From a virus (lineage: Duplodnaviria; Caudoviricetes), in the IMG/VR virus record IMGVR_UViG_3300032050_000182, positions 1 to 53,456 of that record: DNA of 53,456 bases. One strand, written 5' to 3'. The notes under the pieces are model-generated. The model did not search any database. It was not told where the DNA came from and saw only the letters and a program-made list of their open reading frames with translations. Within the stretch, counting starts at the first letter, position 1; each line of letters opens with the position of its first letter. Both the position numbers and the translations under genes were made by a program. Below, piece by piece: positions 18,893 through 27,292 of the stretch.

Positions 18893-20751
18893 ATAGCCTC
18901 AAACAGTTGTTTCCGACTCGGCCCTTTGTAGTGCAGGATCTTCGCACCATCGTGCTTGTTTTCTGGCAGACAGCCGATGACTGACTCCGGCATCTCATGA
19001 TGCGCGTAGCGTTTGCCGAATTCTCTCAAGACCTCCTGATCTCCGTACCACTTCCTAAACTTCTCGGGTAGTTCCCTGTACATCTGCAACATCATTTGCC
19101 ACATACTTCCATCCTTCATGGCAATGGCACAGCCCACGTACGGATACAGTTCATCCAGAGTCTTGCCTTCGTACTCATCGAACCGCATACCACGCTGCTC
19201 GATATTGAAGATAGCGTCCTTACCAAACTCACGGCGGCAGAGTGCTGTGTATTTATCACTCACCAAATCGTTCACCACCACGCGATCCACAAAGATCATA
19301 TCGGTGTCGATGTAGAGTGCGGGTTCTGCGAAGTTCAACCCTGCAAACGCTTTCATGCGTGAGTACATCAAGTTCTCACGATCAACCACAAACTCTTTGC
19401 GGTCAGTGATGCCCATGACATCCGGTGTATCTTTATCCGTACACATGATGATGTTGGCATCTGGGTTGTACCGTAGCAGCGACTTGACCATCTTCTGTGG
19501 ATACGAAATGTCATCGCCCACGTGGAAGAACACAAAGTTATCTCGCACACGTGTGGCTTCAAAGTTGAGCATAAGATCTAATTCGTCCTTGACCTGTTTC
19601 AACTGCAAGTCCCACGGCGCGTTCATGTTCTCGCGCTGATAAACCTTCACCCCGCTGTACCACATACTCTCGTTGCCAAGGCGGTTGTTCCAGTACCAGA
19701 GTTTGTTGGCATCAAGAAGCAAAACATTCTTACCCATCGCACCTGCCAGATGCACCGTTGCACATGATGGCGAGATGATCAGATCACACAATTCAATCAA
19801 CGCAGCCGTGTTCTCCAGATCCAAGAACGTATCAATGTGCGTTGTGATCAGGTTCGGGTGAAAGTCTCGCCCTTCTTCTTGGGCTTTGCCGTACTGAAGA
19901 TTGATGAACTTCACGTGTGGGGTATCTAGTATGGGTTTGAACGCCGCCAAGGGCACGGACTTGTGTTCCCCGATAATCGGAGCGGTACTTGTCCATGCCA
20001 GACCAATCGTGAACGTCTCGCCCAGATCCAACTCCTTACGCAACGCTTCAACGCGATACATATCAGAACTCATGTATACGGTAGAGACGTAATGCGGGAT
20101 GTCATGCACCCGTTTAATAAAGTATTTACCCATGCTTGCGATGGGGATGTGTGAGTCATGATCCGACATCTTGATCTTGGCATTGTGCGGCAGGAACGTG
20201 ACGTTGTTGGCCTTACACCCACGCTGCAACAAGTTAGCCAGACGCATGTCGATCAGGACAGTTATGTGTTCAACCTCACCCGCTAACGCTTCGATCAGGG
20301 ATGCGTAAAGAATCTGATCACCGATGCCCTGCTCCGTCCAAATGATCGGACGCTTCAAGCCAAGGCCACGCTCCCATTGAGGATGTATGGTGGACAGGCG
20401 CGGGGACTGGAACGATTGGCTACCCCATCGTCGCTCATAGCCTTCCCATCCTGCCTTGAAGTCGCCCATCTGTAGCGCGAGCAAACCCAACGTCCACCCG
20501 GCATCGTCGTTCACCGGATCAAGGCGGTTGGCTATCTCGAAATACTTTCTTGCAGGTTCCCACCTGTGCATCTCCCAATGACAACGCCCAGTCTGTAAGG
20601 CAGCCGCAACAAAGATCGGCAAGATTGAGTTCACGTTCTCAAGTAACCCAATGGCCTCGTCATACTTGCCCTGACCTGCTGCTGCCAGACCTTTCTCAAA
20701 GATGTCTTTGGAGAAGTCGTACAGAGTCTTGCCTTTCTTTTCTTCGGTCAT
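18889..20751 (-). CDS. TPR + GT9-like (GT-B) + GT-A glycosyltransferase fusion
   Basis: N-terminal TPR helices; GWEGYERRW, EQGIGDQI, NLQYG, HLAGAMG, WY; C-terminal domain with IDTD, DQEVL, ILHYKG. Confidence 0.8.
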   Translation of the reverse strand: MTEEKKGKTLYDFSKDIFEKGLAAAGQGKYDEAIGLLENVNSILPIFVAAALQTGRCHWEMHRWEPARKYFEIANRLDPVNDDAGWTLGLLALQMGDFKAGWEGYERRWGSQSFQSPRLSTIHPQWERGLGLKRPIIWTEQGIGDQILYASLIEALAGEVEHITVLIDMRLANLLQRGCKANNVTFLPHNAKIKMSDHDSHIPIASMGKYFIKRVHDIPHYVSTVYMSSDMYRVEALRKELDLGETFTIGLAWTSTAPIIGEHKSVPLAAFKPILDTPHVKFINLQYGKAQEEGRDFHPNLITTHIDTFLDLENTAALIELCDLIISPSCATVHLAGAMGKNVLLLDANKLWYWNNRLGNESMWYSGVKVYQRENMNAPWDLQLKQVKDELDLMLNFEATRVRDNFVFFHVGDDISYPQKMVKSLLRYNPDANIIMCTDKDTPDVMGITDRKEFVVDRENLMYSRMKAFAGLNFAEPALYIDTDMIFVDRVVVNDLVSDKYTALCRREFGKDAIFNIEQRGMRFDEYEGKTLDELYPYVGCAIAMKDGSMWQMMLQMYRELPEKFRKWYGDQEVLREFGKRYAHHEMPESVIGCLPENKHDGAKILHYKGPSRKQLFEAM

Positions 20752-20760
20752 AATTTTTCC

Positions 20761-20982
20761 TCAAGCGTCCTTGATATGAATATCAAACATATCTCTCGCC
20801 ACGCAGCCACGCTCATAACAACCGGGGTCAAGAAACTTAACATCCTCTCTCAATCTGTCGAGTTCCTTTTCTTGTTCAACCCAACGTATTTCACTCTGAG
20901 CCAAACGCTCCTCAAGAAATTCAATCCGCGCTCTGAGTTTCTGCTTGGACTCAAAAAAAGATTTTAAGAATTTAATAATCAT
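20761..20982 (-). CDS. Hypothetical coiled-coil protein
   Basis: ATG at 20982 preceded by AGGAG; 73 aa. Confidence 0.55.
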   Translation of the reverse strand: MIIKFLKSFFESKQKLRARIEFLEERLAQSEIRWVEQEKELDRLREDVKFLDPGCYERGCVARDMFDIHIKDA

Positions 20983-21002
20983 GGTCTTCGTATCTCCTAT
21001 GT

Positions 21003-21119
21003 TCACCAGTACTCCCTCCCACCTCTTGATGCACCCCAACTCGGTGGCGGCACGTGTGCCCACTCTCGACGGCGATACTCTTCGCGTCTCTTAAAGAAAT
21101 CTAACAGCCATCTGATCAT
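21003..21119 (-). CDS. Small hypothetical protein (38 aa, MIRWLLDFFKRREEYRRREWAHVPPP...)
   Basis: Below ORF-track cutoff; ATGA overlap with upstream stop, AGGAG RBS, fills the gap. Confidence 0.55.
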   Translation of the reverse strand: MIRWLLDFFKRREEYRRREWAHVPPPSWGASRGGREYW

Positions 21120-21772
21120 GTCATCTCCTGTCGGACGAATTCGATCCTGCTATATGGAATCAGGATCGCGGTTTTGTTTACGTTCCGTGGATAGATCAAC
21201 GTGGTGTTGCTCCGCTCCAGAAGCAACGCATTAGCCACACCCTTCTCGGTTCCCTCAAAGTCATCAAGCACAAAGACAGTATCGCTATACTTCTCTGTGC
21301 TTACCTCGCGCAGATCGTCCTTGGTCAGACGCCCGTCTAGATACACTAGATCAGGCGTAATACCTTTCAGCCTCATCTTTTCAAACATCACATAGGACGG
21401 TGTTAACGGGTATTGATTGATCAGCGGAAGCACTATCTTGATGTCATTGGAGAAGTCGCACGTATGAATGTCTACCTCACCCTTACAAGCCTCGTAGATA
21501 ACATGGGTAGACACGCCGATAAACGTGCCCACCTCTGCTACGACTCGTGGTTTGAAGTAATTGATGATGGTGTAGAGATCATACGCATCGTTGTACGCAA
21601 GAGATCCGGTGTTGTAGTTAGCCTCCACCCGCATCCGGTTCTGGTTGTAGATAATGCTTTCAATCTTCTCGTGTGGGTTGTCTTCATCTACAACTAACTT
21701 CTCATCCATGATCTCCCAGACAATCCTGCTGAATCGATCACGCCCGATCTGTAGGTTGGTGTTCGGGATCAT
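21116..21772 (-). CDS. Class I SAM-dependent methyltransferase (Methyltransf_24-like)
   Basis: AEVGTFIGVST, HTCD, DLVYLDG, VFVLDD. Confidence 0.75.
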   Translation of the reverse strand: MIPNTNLQIGRDRFSRIVWEIMDEKLVVDEDNPHEKIESIIYNQNRMRVEANYNTGSLAYNDAYDLYTIINYFKPRVVAEVGTFIGVSTHVIYEACKGEVDIHTCDFSNDIKIVLPLINQYPLTPSYVMFEKMRLKGITPDLVYLDGRLTKDDLREVSTEKYSDTVFVLDDFEGTEKGVANALLLERSNTTLIYPRNVNKTAILIPYSRIEFVRQEMT

Positions 21773-22221
21773 TTCTCCCCCTCCTTGAGCAAACGATGTA
21801 GTTGCTCAATAAGTTTTGCATATTCAAGTGACTTCACCGGATCATCAACCTCACAGTTAATCACAAGACGATGCGCGGCAATCCGCATAGCCTTGATCAG
21901 TTTTTCTCTTGTGATCGGAACGATATGTTCATCGGGACTAGCAACGTCAAGATCGCTCGGTGGCCAATTCTCCAACTTCATATTAAATTTCAAACCGACC
22001 TGCACCAAAGATTTTTCCAACTCTTCGATTGACTTCCTACCCAAGTTGGGTATGCAGAGAAGTTCCCATCTTTGTTTTTGGACAAGTTCGCCAATCGTGT
22101 TTATCCCACCGGCTTTCAAACAATGACTCAAACGAACTGTTAGCCAAAGTTCATCAACAGGTGCGGTAAATATGTTTGTATACCTTGATAGGATATCTTT
22201 CTTTAAGTCGTACTCGCTCAT
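21769..22221 (-). CDS. Stand-alone RNA polymerase alpha-subunit C-terminal domain homolog
   Basis: PVDELWLTVRLSHCLKAGGINTIGELVQ...PNLGRKS...LENWPP aligns without gaps to proteobacterial RpoA CTD; no alpha-NTD. Confidence 0.9.
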   Translation of the reverse strand: MSEYDLKKDILSRYTNIFTAPVDELWLTVRLSHCLKAGGINTIGELVQKQRWELLCIPNLGRKSIEELEKSLVQVGLKFNMKLENWPPSDLDVASPDEHIVPITREKLIKAMRIAAHRLVINCEVDDPVKSLEYAKLIEQLHRLLKEGEK

Positions 22222-22655
22222 GCGTTCTTCCTCGCGGCAATCTCACGCTGCAAGTACCACGCAGCCTTCTCAAGATCCTGCACCGGATCGGAAGACTTCT
22301 TCCCTGCGCGACTCACATACTTCACGACGTTACCCAGTCGGTAGTTAAGATCTTTGGCTTCGATGAAATCGATAGTCTCAAAGCCACCGGCCTTGTAATG
22401 CGGAGGATGATTCACGGGATCGATTTCGGTTGCTTGTAGTCTGTGTTTCGGCCTTCTCATCTCAATCACATCCAACACTTGCTTCATCTCGGTCACAGCC
22501 TTCACGATCTTCGACTTCTTGGTTTTGTTTTTGTAGTTACGCAGCACCACAGCGATGAGTGCATGGCTGCACTTCAACTTCGCTTTAATCTCTTTGACGG
22601 TCTTACCTTCGTCGTACAACTTACGAATTTGCTCAGATTTATTTACCTTTGACAT
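22218..22655 (-). CDS. HTH + DUF3310 (T7 gp1.7-like nucleotide kinase family) protein
   Basis: DPVNHPPHY...ETIDFI...GNVVKYVSRAGKK...DLEKAAWYL; N-terminal HTH-like segment. Confidence 0.8.
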   Translation of the reverse strand: MSKVNKSEQIRKLYDEGKTVKEIKAKLKCSHALIAVVLRNYKNKTKKSKIVKAVTEMKQVLDVIEMRRPKHRLQATEIDPVNHPPHYKAGGFETIDFIEAKDLNYRLGNVVKYVSRAGKKSSDPVQDLEKAAWYLQREIAARKNA

Positions 22656-22938
22656 GACTTAAAATCTCCTTTCTCAAGTTTTCAACATTAGTTTCATCGA
22701 CGACCAACGCCACGCCACCCGCAGTCCGAATAGCCTTCATGTGCGCGTGTTGTAGTGCAGTCGGGCGTCCACCATTTGCCTTACACTCAATAGCATAAAA
22801 CAACCCTTCTTTACAAATCAAGAAGTCTGGAACCCCTGAGTTCCCGTAACCTCCTGTAACTGGCATCGCATAATATGCGCCCATGTCCTCCAAGATTTTC
22901 TTTACCTTGGATTTAACTTTGCTCTCGGGGGTACTCAT
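22639..22938 (-). CDS. VRR-NUC nuclease / Holliday junction resolvase-like
   Basis: TPESKVK, GVPD, AIECKA, PTALQ, AGG. Confidence 0.85.
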   Translation of the reverse strand: MSTPESKVKSKVKKILEDMGAYYAMPVTGGYGNSGVPDFLICKEGLFYAIECKANGGRPTALQHAHMKAIRTAGGVALVVDETNVENLRKEILSHVKGK

Positions 22939-23357
22939 ACGTCCTCCTTCGGTTTACGTAGCCATTCACTCTTGAGTGAATCCTTATCTTGGCTGTTCAT
23001 GTACACGCAGTAGAACAGTTCATTCACCCGATACCCAACGTCAGGTAGAAACTCCACGCCGGGTTTGAGTGGTGGATACATAAACAACTTGGGCATGCCC
23101 ACTACCTCAAAGTCCTCATTCTCGACCGGCCAGTTAAACCCATTGTTGAACCCATTGATTATGGCTAGACGTTCTTTTAGAAGATCCGGTAAGTTCCTAT
23201 CTGTGAAGTGCATCACAATGTAGTCATCAGCCTTCCCAGTCCACACCTTGTATGTACCCTCCCGCACCTTGACGGGCATACGCCAGATATCTTTTCTCAG
23301 ATCGTAGAACGCATACAGCCTGTCGAACAATCTGTTCTCGCTCAGTAAGTTATCCAC
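22935..23357 (-). CDS. Hypothetical protein
   Basis: In-frame GTG at 23357 after GAGG preferred over TTG at 23369. Confidence 0.6.
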   Translation of the reverse strand: MDNLLSENRLFDRLYAFYDLRKDIWRMPVKVREGTYKVWTGKADDYIVMHFTDRNLPDLLKERLAIINGFNNGFNWPVENEDFEVVGMPKLFMYPPLKPGVEFLPDVGYRVNELFYCVYMNSQDKDSLKSEWLRKPKEDV

Positions 23358-23358
23358 A

Positions 23359-24366
23359 TCAAACCTCAATCATGTAAGTATGTTTCTCTGCCCAGTACGT
23401 AACAGCAGACGCACCCATGTCTCGCCAAGTCGTTGATGCGTGATCTCCGCGAGGGAAGAGTGTGTTCTGTCCCGTGTGTGCCTTCAGCATGGCGAGCGAT
23501 GCCATGACTGATGTACGCAGATCTTCAGGGAGATCGTCGAGACTTTTGTACCACATGCCGCTGCCCAACTGCGGCTTGCCATGCAGCGTACGTTCAGCCA
23601 CGAGACCTCTAAAATCCGTATGCCGATTACGCTTCACCTGATTAAGAAAGTCTTTGCAGATATCAGCAGGACAGTACGTCACGTTGATCCCACCATACAG
23701 ATCATTTGTGATCAGCACCTTGTCACGAGAATAGAACGACTCGACATCTTCAAAGTCGATAGCCCGCTGCTCCTCTAATTGTTTGCGTTCCTTGACTCGT
23801 GAGGCACACTCAGCCCGTGTGTATTGGCTAAGATCTGCACTAGTGATCTCACCTTCTGCGAGTAGTGCAAGTTCAAGCAACAAGTCGCCGTTTATCCGTT
23901 CGTATGACGAATCATTTTCCGTCAATTTCGGATAGTTGTCGTTGAGTACTCTGCTGATCATCTCACTCACTCGCTTGATCATGGCGTGTTCTGCCTGTAC
24001 CACTTCAGCCTTCACTTCATCCTTGAATGAAGTCTTAATCTTGTTGGCCAGATACTTGGGCTTATCACTACGCAAGTCAGCCCTACCTGCATTGACGTAG
24101 GTGTAGTAGTCATGGGCGAATGGATTGCTCGTAAACTTGAGCGCGTAGTACGAACGCTTCTCCGTCTGTTGCCGATAGACGAACCCGATCTGCAACCCAT
24201 CCTCCAATGCAAAGTGCATGTTCCCTGCCTCCGTCAGTTCTGCGATGCGGATCTTTCCTTCCGAGACGTTATGCAGCGCAGCGTACACAGGCCACAACGC
24301 ATGACGAGTGATGGCAAGTTTCTCTTGATCAGAGTACTTACCGTTCAAAAAGAATTGCTCAAACAT
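23359..24366 (-). CDS. Hypothetical protein
   Basis: 335 aa with strong RBS GGAGGTG. Confidence 0.75.
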   Translation of the reverse strand: MFEQFFLNGKYSDQEKLAITRHALWPVYAALHNVSEGKIRIAELTEAGNMHFALEDGLQIGFVYRQQTEKRSYYALKFTSNPFAHDYYTYVNAGRADLRSDKPKYLANKIKTSFKDEVKAEVVQAEHAMIKRVSEMISRVLNDNYPKLTENDSSYERINGDLLLELALLAEGEITSADLSQYTRAECASRVKERKQLEEQRAIDFEDVESFYSRDKVLITNDLYGGINVTYCPADICKDFLNQVKRNRHTDFRGLVAERTLHGKPQLGSGMWYKSLDDLPEDLRTSVMASLAMLKAHTGQNTLFPRGDHASTTWRDMGASAVTYWAEKHTYMIEV

Positions 24367-24577
24367 GATTCACCTCCTCTGCCAAAACCCATTTTTCAGA
24401 ATCTCCAAAGACTTCTTCGACCCACACAGCGAGCGGTTTATGTCCGCTGACGAACCCCTCTACCCACTCTTCCGTGGATTGAGTCAAGCCCCGCACAATC
24501 TCGTCAGCCTTGTCACTTTCGATGTCATCTACTCCATCAAACTCAAACACAACCAACACTTGCATCTTCTTACTCAT
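24359..24577 (-). CDS. Hypothetical acidic protein
   Basis: 72 aa, GAGGTGTGAGATG junction. Confidence 0.65.
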   Translation of the reverse strand: MSKKMQVLVVFEFDGVDDIESDKADEIVRGLTQSTEEWVEGFVSGHKPLAVWVEEVFGDSEKWVLAEEVNHV

Positions 24578-24578
24578 C

Positions 24579-24737
24579 TCACACCTCTTGAGTCCGTAGT
24601 ACTTTCATATCCTCACGCATCTTGCGTGCTTGCTCGATGCGTGCCAAAGTTTTCCTATCCTGTTCAAGAACATAATTAGTCACGTGTGTGCGCTTGAAGT
24701 CAGGTGGAGGGATTAACTCTTCCTCCTTCTTACTCAT
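24579..24737 (-). CDS. Small hypothetical protein (52 aa, MSKKEEELIPPPDFKR...TQEV)
   Basis: Below cutoff; fills the gap exactly between two GAGGTGTGAGATG junctions. Confidence 0.65.
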   Translation of the reverse strand: MSKKEEELIPPPDFKRTHVTNYVLEQDRKTLARIEQARKMREDMKVLRTQEV

Positions 24738-24738
24738 C

Positions 24739-25944
24739 TCACACCTCCATCTTCACAAGCCGACCACTCGGCGGGGTAAAGTCACGAGCCATCGTCACCA
24801 TCCACAGCGTCGGGATGTTCGTCTGCCATCTGATGTTGTCCTCAACGTATCCGTCCGTGAACACAACCAAGCACTCGGCGTTGGAGTTCTCGCTGCATAA
24901 CAGTTCACTCACAGATGAAACCCTAGTTCCACCACCACCCTCGGGCTTCAGCATCGTTGCCAGTCCGTCGTAGTTGTCGCTGAATACTTGCTCACCTCGT
25001 ACCTGATGATCCCACCAGATCACTCGCACCCGATCAGGTGACGCCATGTCGCAGATCGATATCATCTCGGTCGCAAACTCAGTCAACTCACGGCTGCCGA
25101 TACTGCCGGACGTATCGATGGCGATGATGATCTCGCTCACCTTCTCCGCTTCCAGAGTTGGCAAGTAAACATCATCAACCATGCGACGACGATTCATCTT
25201 GCGCCACGTGTACTCATCTCGCCCCTTCGTGGTGGATGACACAAACTCACGCAACTCGTCACGCCACGATACCTTTGGTGTCATCAAGTCTTGGATGACG
25301 CGCGGTACTTTGACGCCAAACTTCCCGGCCAACATCGCACCCTGTTGGATAGCCTCGCTGATCTCGTCGGACAACTTCCGTACATCCTCAACGCTCGCAC
25401 CGGCCAACGCTTCCGCATCATGCTCGTCGAGAGGCTGCATCTCCTCGGGGTTCTTCCCGCTGCCTGTACCTTGTCCACCTTGTCCGTTACCTTTCTTCTT
25501 GCGCTTGTCCATCTCTGCCTTGAGATCGTTGTACACCTCACGCACCGACCAGTTGTGGTACTTGGCATCGTACAGCCCACCTTTCGGCAACTTGACCAGA
25601 TCAGGAGCCTTCTTGCCGATCTCTGTGATGATGTCATTGATCACAAAGTCCATCGCCACGTTAGCGAGTCGCGGGTTCTCCTTCACCAAGTCCATGTGAC
25701 GAGGGATGTGCTTCAAGAACACGTGACCATTCTCGTGCAGCACCAACGCAGATTGCTCGGGCAACGTCAAAGATTGAAAGAACTCACGACCATACCGTTT
25801 GTTCTTGCCATCCGTGTACGCTGTCGGGATGCCGTCTTCGATGGTCGATTCACCCATCAACATGATCCCACCGTACAAACAAGTCTCGGGGTGGCGCATC
25901 AGTCGGATGTGTGCCTTCTTCAATGCTGTGTTTGCGTCAGTCAT
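24739..25944 (-). CDS. DUF2201-like metallopeptidase + vWA domain protein
   Basis: PTAYTDG, HEXXH (LHENGH), MIDAS IDTSGS, GGGGT, VFTDGY. Confidence 0.85.
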   Translation of the reverse strand: MTDANTALKKAHIRLMRHPETCLYGGIMLMGESTIEDGIPTAYTDGKNKRYGREFFQSLTLPEQSALVLHENGHVFLKHIPRHMDLVKENPRLANVAMDFVINDIITEIGKKAPDLVKLPKGGLYDAKYHNWSVREVYNDLKAEMDKRKKKGNGQGGQGTGSGKNPEEMQPLDEHDAEALAGASVEDVRKLSDEISEAIQQGAMLAGKFGVKVPRVIQDLMTPKVSWRDELREFVSSTTKGRDEYTWRKMNRRRMVDDVYLPTLEAEKVSEIIIAIDTSGSIGSRELTEFATEMISICDMASPDRVRVIWWDHQVRGEQVFSDNYDGLATMLKPEGGGGTRVSSVSELLCSENSNAECLVVFTDGYVEDNIRWQTNIPTLWMVTMARDFTPPSGRLVKMEV

Positions 25945-26120
25945 AACGTCACTTCCTCTTGCTTGACGACGATTGTGTAACCCAACTCTTTGATCAGAGA
26001 TAATTCTGTACGAGTGAATGTCCTACGATGTGCGAGTCTTGCCAACAACGCAGCCTTCACGCACTCGGGATAGAACCGCTCTGTCCCATACTGTTCTCGA
26101 CGAGTGATCACGATCTCCAT
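25941..26120 (-). CDS. Small phage protein (59 aa, MEIVITRREQYGTERFYPEC...LGYTIVV)
   Basis: Below cutoff; RBS GGAGGTG; ATGA overlap with the vWA gene. Confidence 0.7.
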   Translation of the reverse strand: MEIVITRREQYGTERFYPECVKAALLARLAHRRTFTRTELSLIKELGYTIVVKQEEVTL

Positions 26121-26132
26121 GTCACACCTCCG

Positions 26133-27218
26133 TCAGATCAACAACTCATAGTTGCTCTTTGCCCACTCGCTCACCTGTGAGTTCAGTCTTGCGATACGGC
26201 TCGTGCGCTTGCTCTGCAACAGCATCGTGAAGAACACGGCTTGCACCTCGGACGATCTCACGCGATTGACGAACCGCATGAACTTGCTCAAGTCATCTTG
26301 TGTTTCGATCACATCGATGGCGTTGAACATCGTCATGAACAACGCAGCCGGTCGCTCGGGTATCTCCACGTTGTCGGGATCAGCCAAGATTTGTTTGACC
26401 GATACCAACTCTTTCTCTAGTGCCAAGAACGCAGCCATTGATTCAGCCGCAGCCACGCCAATCGTACCGGCCAAGGATGAGTGAGTCAGTTTCGATCCGA
26501 TCAGATCACGCTTGCGAACAATCGGATCAGCCTTGGCGAGACTACGTGGTGAGACGAATGACAGGATGCGATTACCCGGCTTGAAGATGAACGGATTATC
26601 TTCCTGCCCACCGTCAAGGTACGACGCGAGACAACGAGGATTCATCGCCACCCATGCACGAATGACAGCAGAGATGCCATTGTCCGTTGCCCACGTGTTC
26701 CACATTTTCTCGTTCGACTTGCTGACGTTGATGATCGTCACGCGATTGCCGCCGTGTGCGAGGATCGCATCACCCACACCGTCAGAGAAGTTATTAGTTG
26801 TTGCGAACACCATTGAACCATCGGGGAGTTCCTCGTCACCCAACACGTGATCCAACACGAGACGCATCGCCATCTTCTGCATCATCTTGTCGCACTTGCC
26901 GATCTCGTCGAGCATGATGATCTTCGGCTTGCGTGACTTCATCTTGAAGATAGATGACGGATAGAACTCCAACTCACCTGTCTCCCGATTCGGAGCGCGG
27001 ATGAACAAGTCACCCAAGTCCGTGTTGGAGAAGTCCACGTAGATGTGGTCGTACTTGTCGGCGGGAAAGTCTATGTCTGACTTCAGCCGTGAGTGAAGTG
27101 ATGATTTGCCGATACCCGGCTCGCCAACGAACAAGAACGTGTTGCTCGTGCCGAGAGTCTTGACCAACGTATACGCCTCGTCGATGGTGACGGGGTTAGC
27201 GAACAGATTGATAGCCAT
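26133..27218 (-). CDS. MoxR/CobS-like AAA+ ATPase
   Basis: Walker A GEPGIGKS, Walker B IIMLDE, sensor ATTN, SPRS; adjacent to vWA gene. Confidence 0.85.
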   Translation of the reverse strand: MAINLFANPVTIDEAYTLVKTLGTSNTFLFVGEPGIGKSSLHSRLKSDIDFPADKYDHIYVDFSNTDLGDLFIRAPNRETGELEFYPSSIFKMKSRKPKIIMLDEIGKCDKMMQKMAMRLVLDHVLGDEELPDGSMVFATTNNFSDGVGDAILAHGGNRVTIINVSKSNEKMWNTWATDNGISAVIRAWVAMNPRCLASYLDGGQEDNPFIFKPGNRILSFVSPRSLAKADPIVRKRDLIGSKLTHSSLAGTIGVAAAESMAAFLALEKELVSVKQILADPDNVEIPERPAALFMTMFNAIDVIETQDDLSKFMRFVNRVRSSEVQAVFFTMLLQSKRTSRIARLNSQVSEWAKSNYELLI

Positions 27219-27292
27219 TACACTTTTCTCCTAATGGTTTACTAAATCAAACGTATAAATTCTGGAGGATTGAAATCATCATTTCAGTCTCC

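Noticed and set aside
16825-21772. Methyltransferases as DNA methylases
   Set aside because: No DPPY/NPPY or PCQ catalytic motifs; motifs fit small-molecule or sugar O-methyltransferases
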